Origin: Gekko japonicus | Taxonomy: Eukaryota | Assembly (NCBI RefSeq): GCF_001447785.1 | Contig: NW_015160914.1 | Span: 1 to 64,000, forward strand | DNA: 64,000 nucleotides | Reading direction: 5' to 3' | Shown here: positions 62,935 through 64,000 of the stretch, piece after piece | How the letters are laid out: the number at the start of each line of letters is the position of its first letter | Numbering within the stretch: position 1 is the first letter of the stretch | Program-made: the position numbers and the translations under genes | Notes under the pieces: generated by a model | Database searches by the model: none | The model's input: only the letters and a program-made list of their open reading frames with translations | What the model was told of the DNA's origin: nothing

Positions 62935-64000
62935 GCTGCAATTCAAGAGGTGTCACTCTGAATCAAGCTGTGTTGTGTCATGGCTGGCCTTGGACATGCC
63001 ATTCTTCCTGGGCACATCATTTGGGTGGTTAGAACTGTCTCCTCTGCCTTGACTAGGCTGATGAGTGTATTCCATCTTCCTTTAATAAAGCTGCAGTCTC
63101 TTTCAGTCCCAGTAACTGGTGTCTGCCTCTTTCTTAGTTTTTCTTTGCAAAAGAATTCTTCCTTCTCTTCTGTGTTCAGCCATCTCATCATCTTCTTGCC
63201 ATTTTGAAATGAAAATCAGCCGAGAGATGGCCTTATTCCATTACTCCTTGGAGATTCTTGTAAAGTTCCCCTGCTTATTTACACAGAATGAAAAATTAGC
63301 TGATGCCATTCAAGTATGGTTAGTGCTGAATTATGGAATCCCAGGAAGGATTGAAACAATTGTTTCCTCTTTTTGTGTGTTCCTTTTGCATTCTCATACT
63401 TACTCATCCACTAATTGCTTTGAGATTTGAGCAGTTTGCAACAGATATTACACTGGAATTTACAACAGAACATTTCCCACCCACCCTACTTTATCTGCAT
63501 CTGTTTTGACACATGGATAAGGAAGTCAAAAATGTCAAATGTCTGGAAGATAGGATAACAGAAATGAAATGTTACCAAAATGTGAATCTTCTTAACAGTT
63601 ATCTGCTATTGAACAGTATGATTCTTCCCAAGTACTTTTGCCAACTTTCCAGCTAGTGGAACTTCAACAGGCAGGGAACATGGTGTGAAAAGGGTCGCTA
63701 CCTGCAACTTCCAGCATAATATGCTGCTGTTAACAGCAGAGTTACACAGGCTCATTGAGACAGTATTCCAAGGCAAATATCCTTCTTGCCTTTCATAAAA
63801 GCCTTTTCTCCCATTCCCCTGTTGGCCTTCAGCATTCATGCTGTTCATGCTCTTGGTAGGTATAGCATGTATACCAAGAACCTGGGGGGAAATGGGATGC
63901 TGGAGAGCTGTATATGAAGCCCATGAAGGTCTCAAGTTGTTGGCAAATTCCAAAGGTGCTGCATTGTATTGGACCCAGTGATCCTGGCTGCACACCACTA

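Noticed and set aside
1-64000. CRISPR arrays, operons or prokaryotic defence systems
   Set aside because: The sequence is vertebrate; no regularly spaced repeat-spacer array or dense coding region is present.

Overview
This is AT-rich vertebrate genomic DNA. The repeat content (Sauria, 5S-Sauria and Squam-type SINEs; CR1, L2, RTE/BovB and L1 LINEs; Penelope; hAT and Harbinger MITEs) points to a squamate reptile, probably a gecko (inference). I could not recognise any intact host protein-coding exon, so the window looks intergenic or deep-intronic. There are two assembly gaps. The one host-derived coding sequence is a disabled, intronless TATDN2 retrocopy on the minus strand (~39.1-42.1 kb). 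It keeps its 5' end but lacks its 3' end and poly(A), and its 3' junction overlaps its own target-site duplication (TSD), which suggests internally primed retrotransposition. Other notable items: a TSD-bounded Penelope-like element with two inverted minimal hammerhead ribozymes (55.8-56.5 kb); a TSD-bounded ORF1-only 'half-L1' (21.9-23.7 kb); a non-coding, CpG-rich L1-type element (26.0-27.1 kb); a 1.3 kb Harbinger-type element that carries the window's largest CpG island (34.9-36.2 kb); fossil hAT, Harbinger and Ngaro/DIRS coding fragments; and several nested insertions. I did not find a clearly new multi-gene system. Family names come from motif recognition, not database searches. Boundaries without a TSD are approximate.
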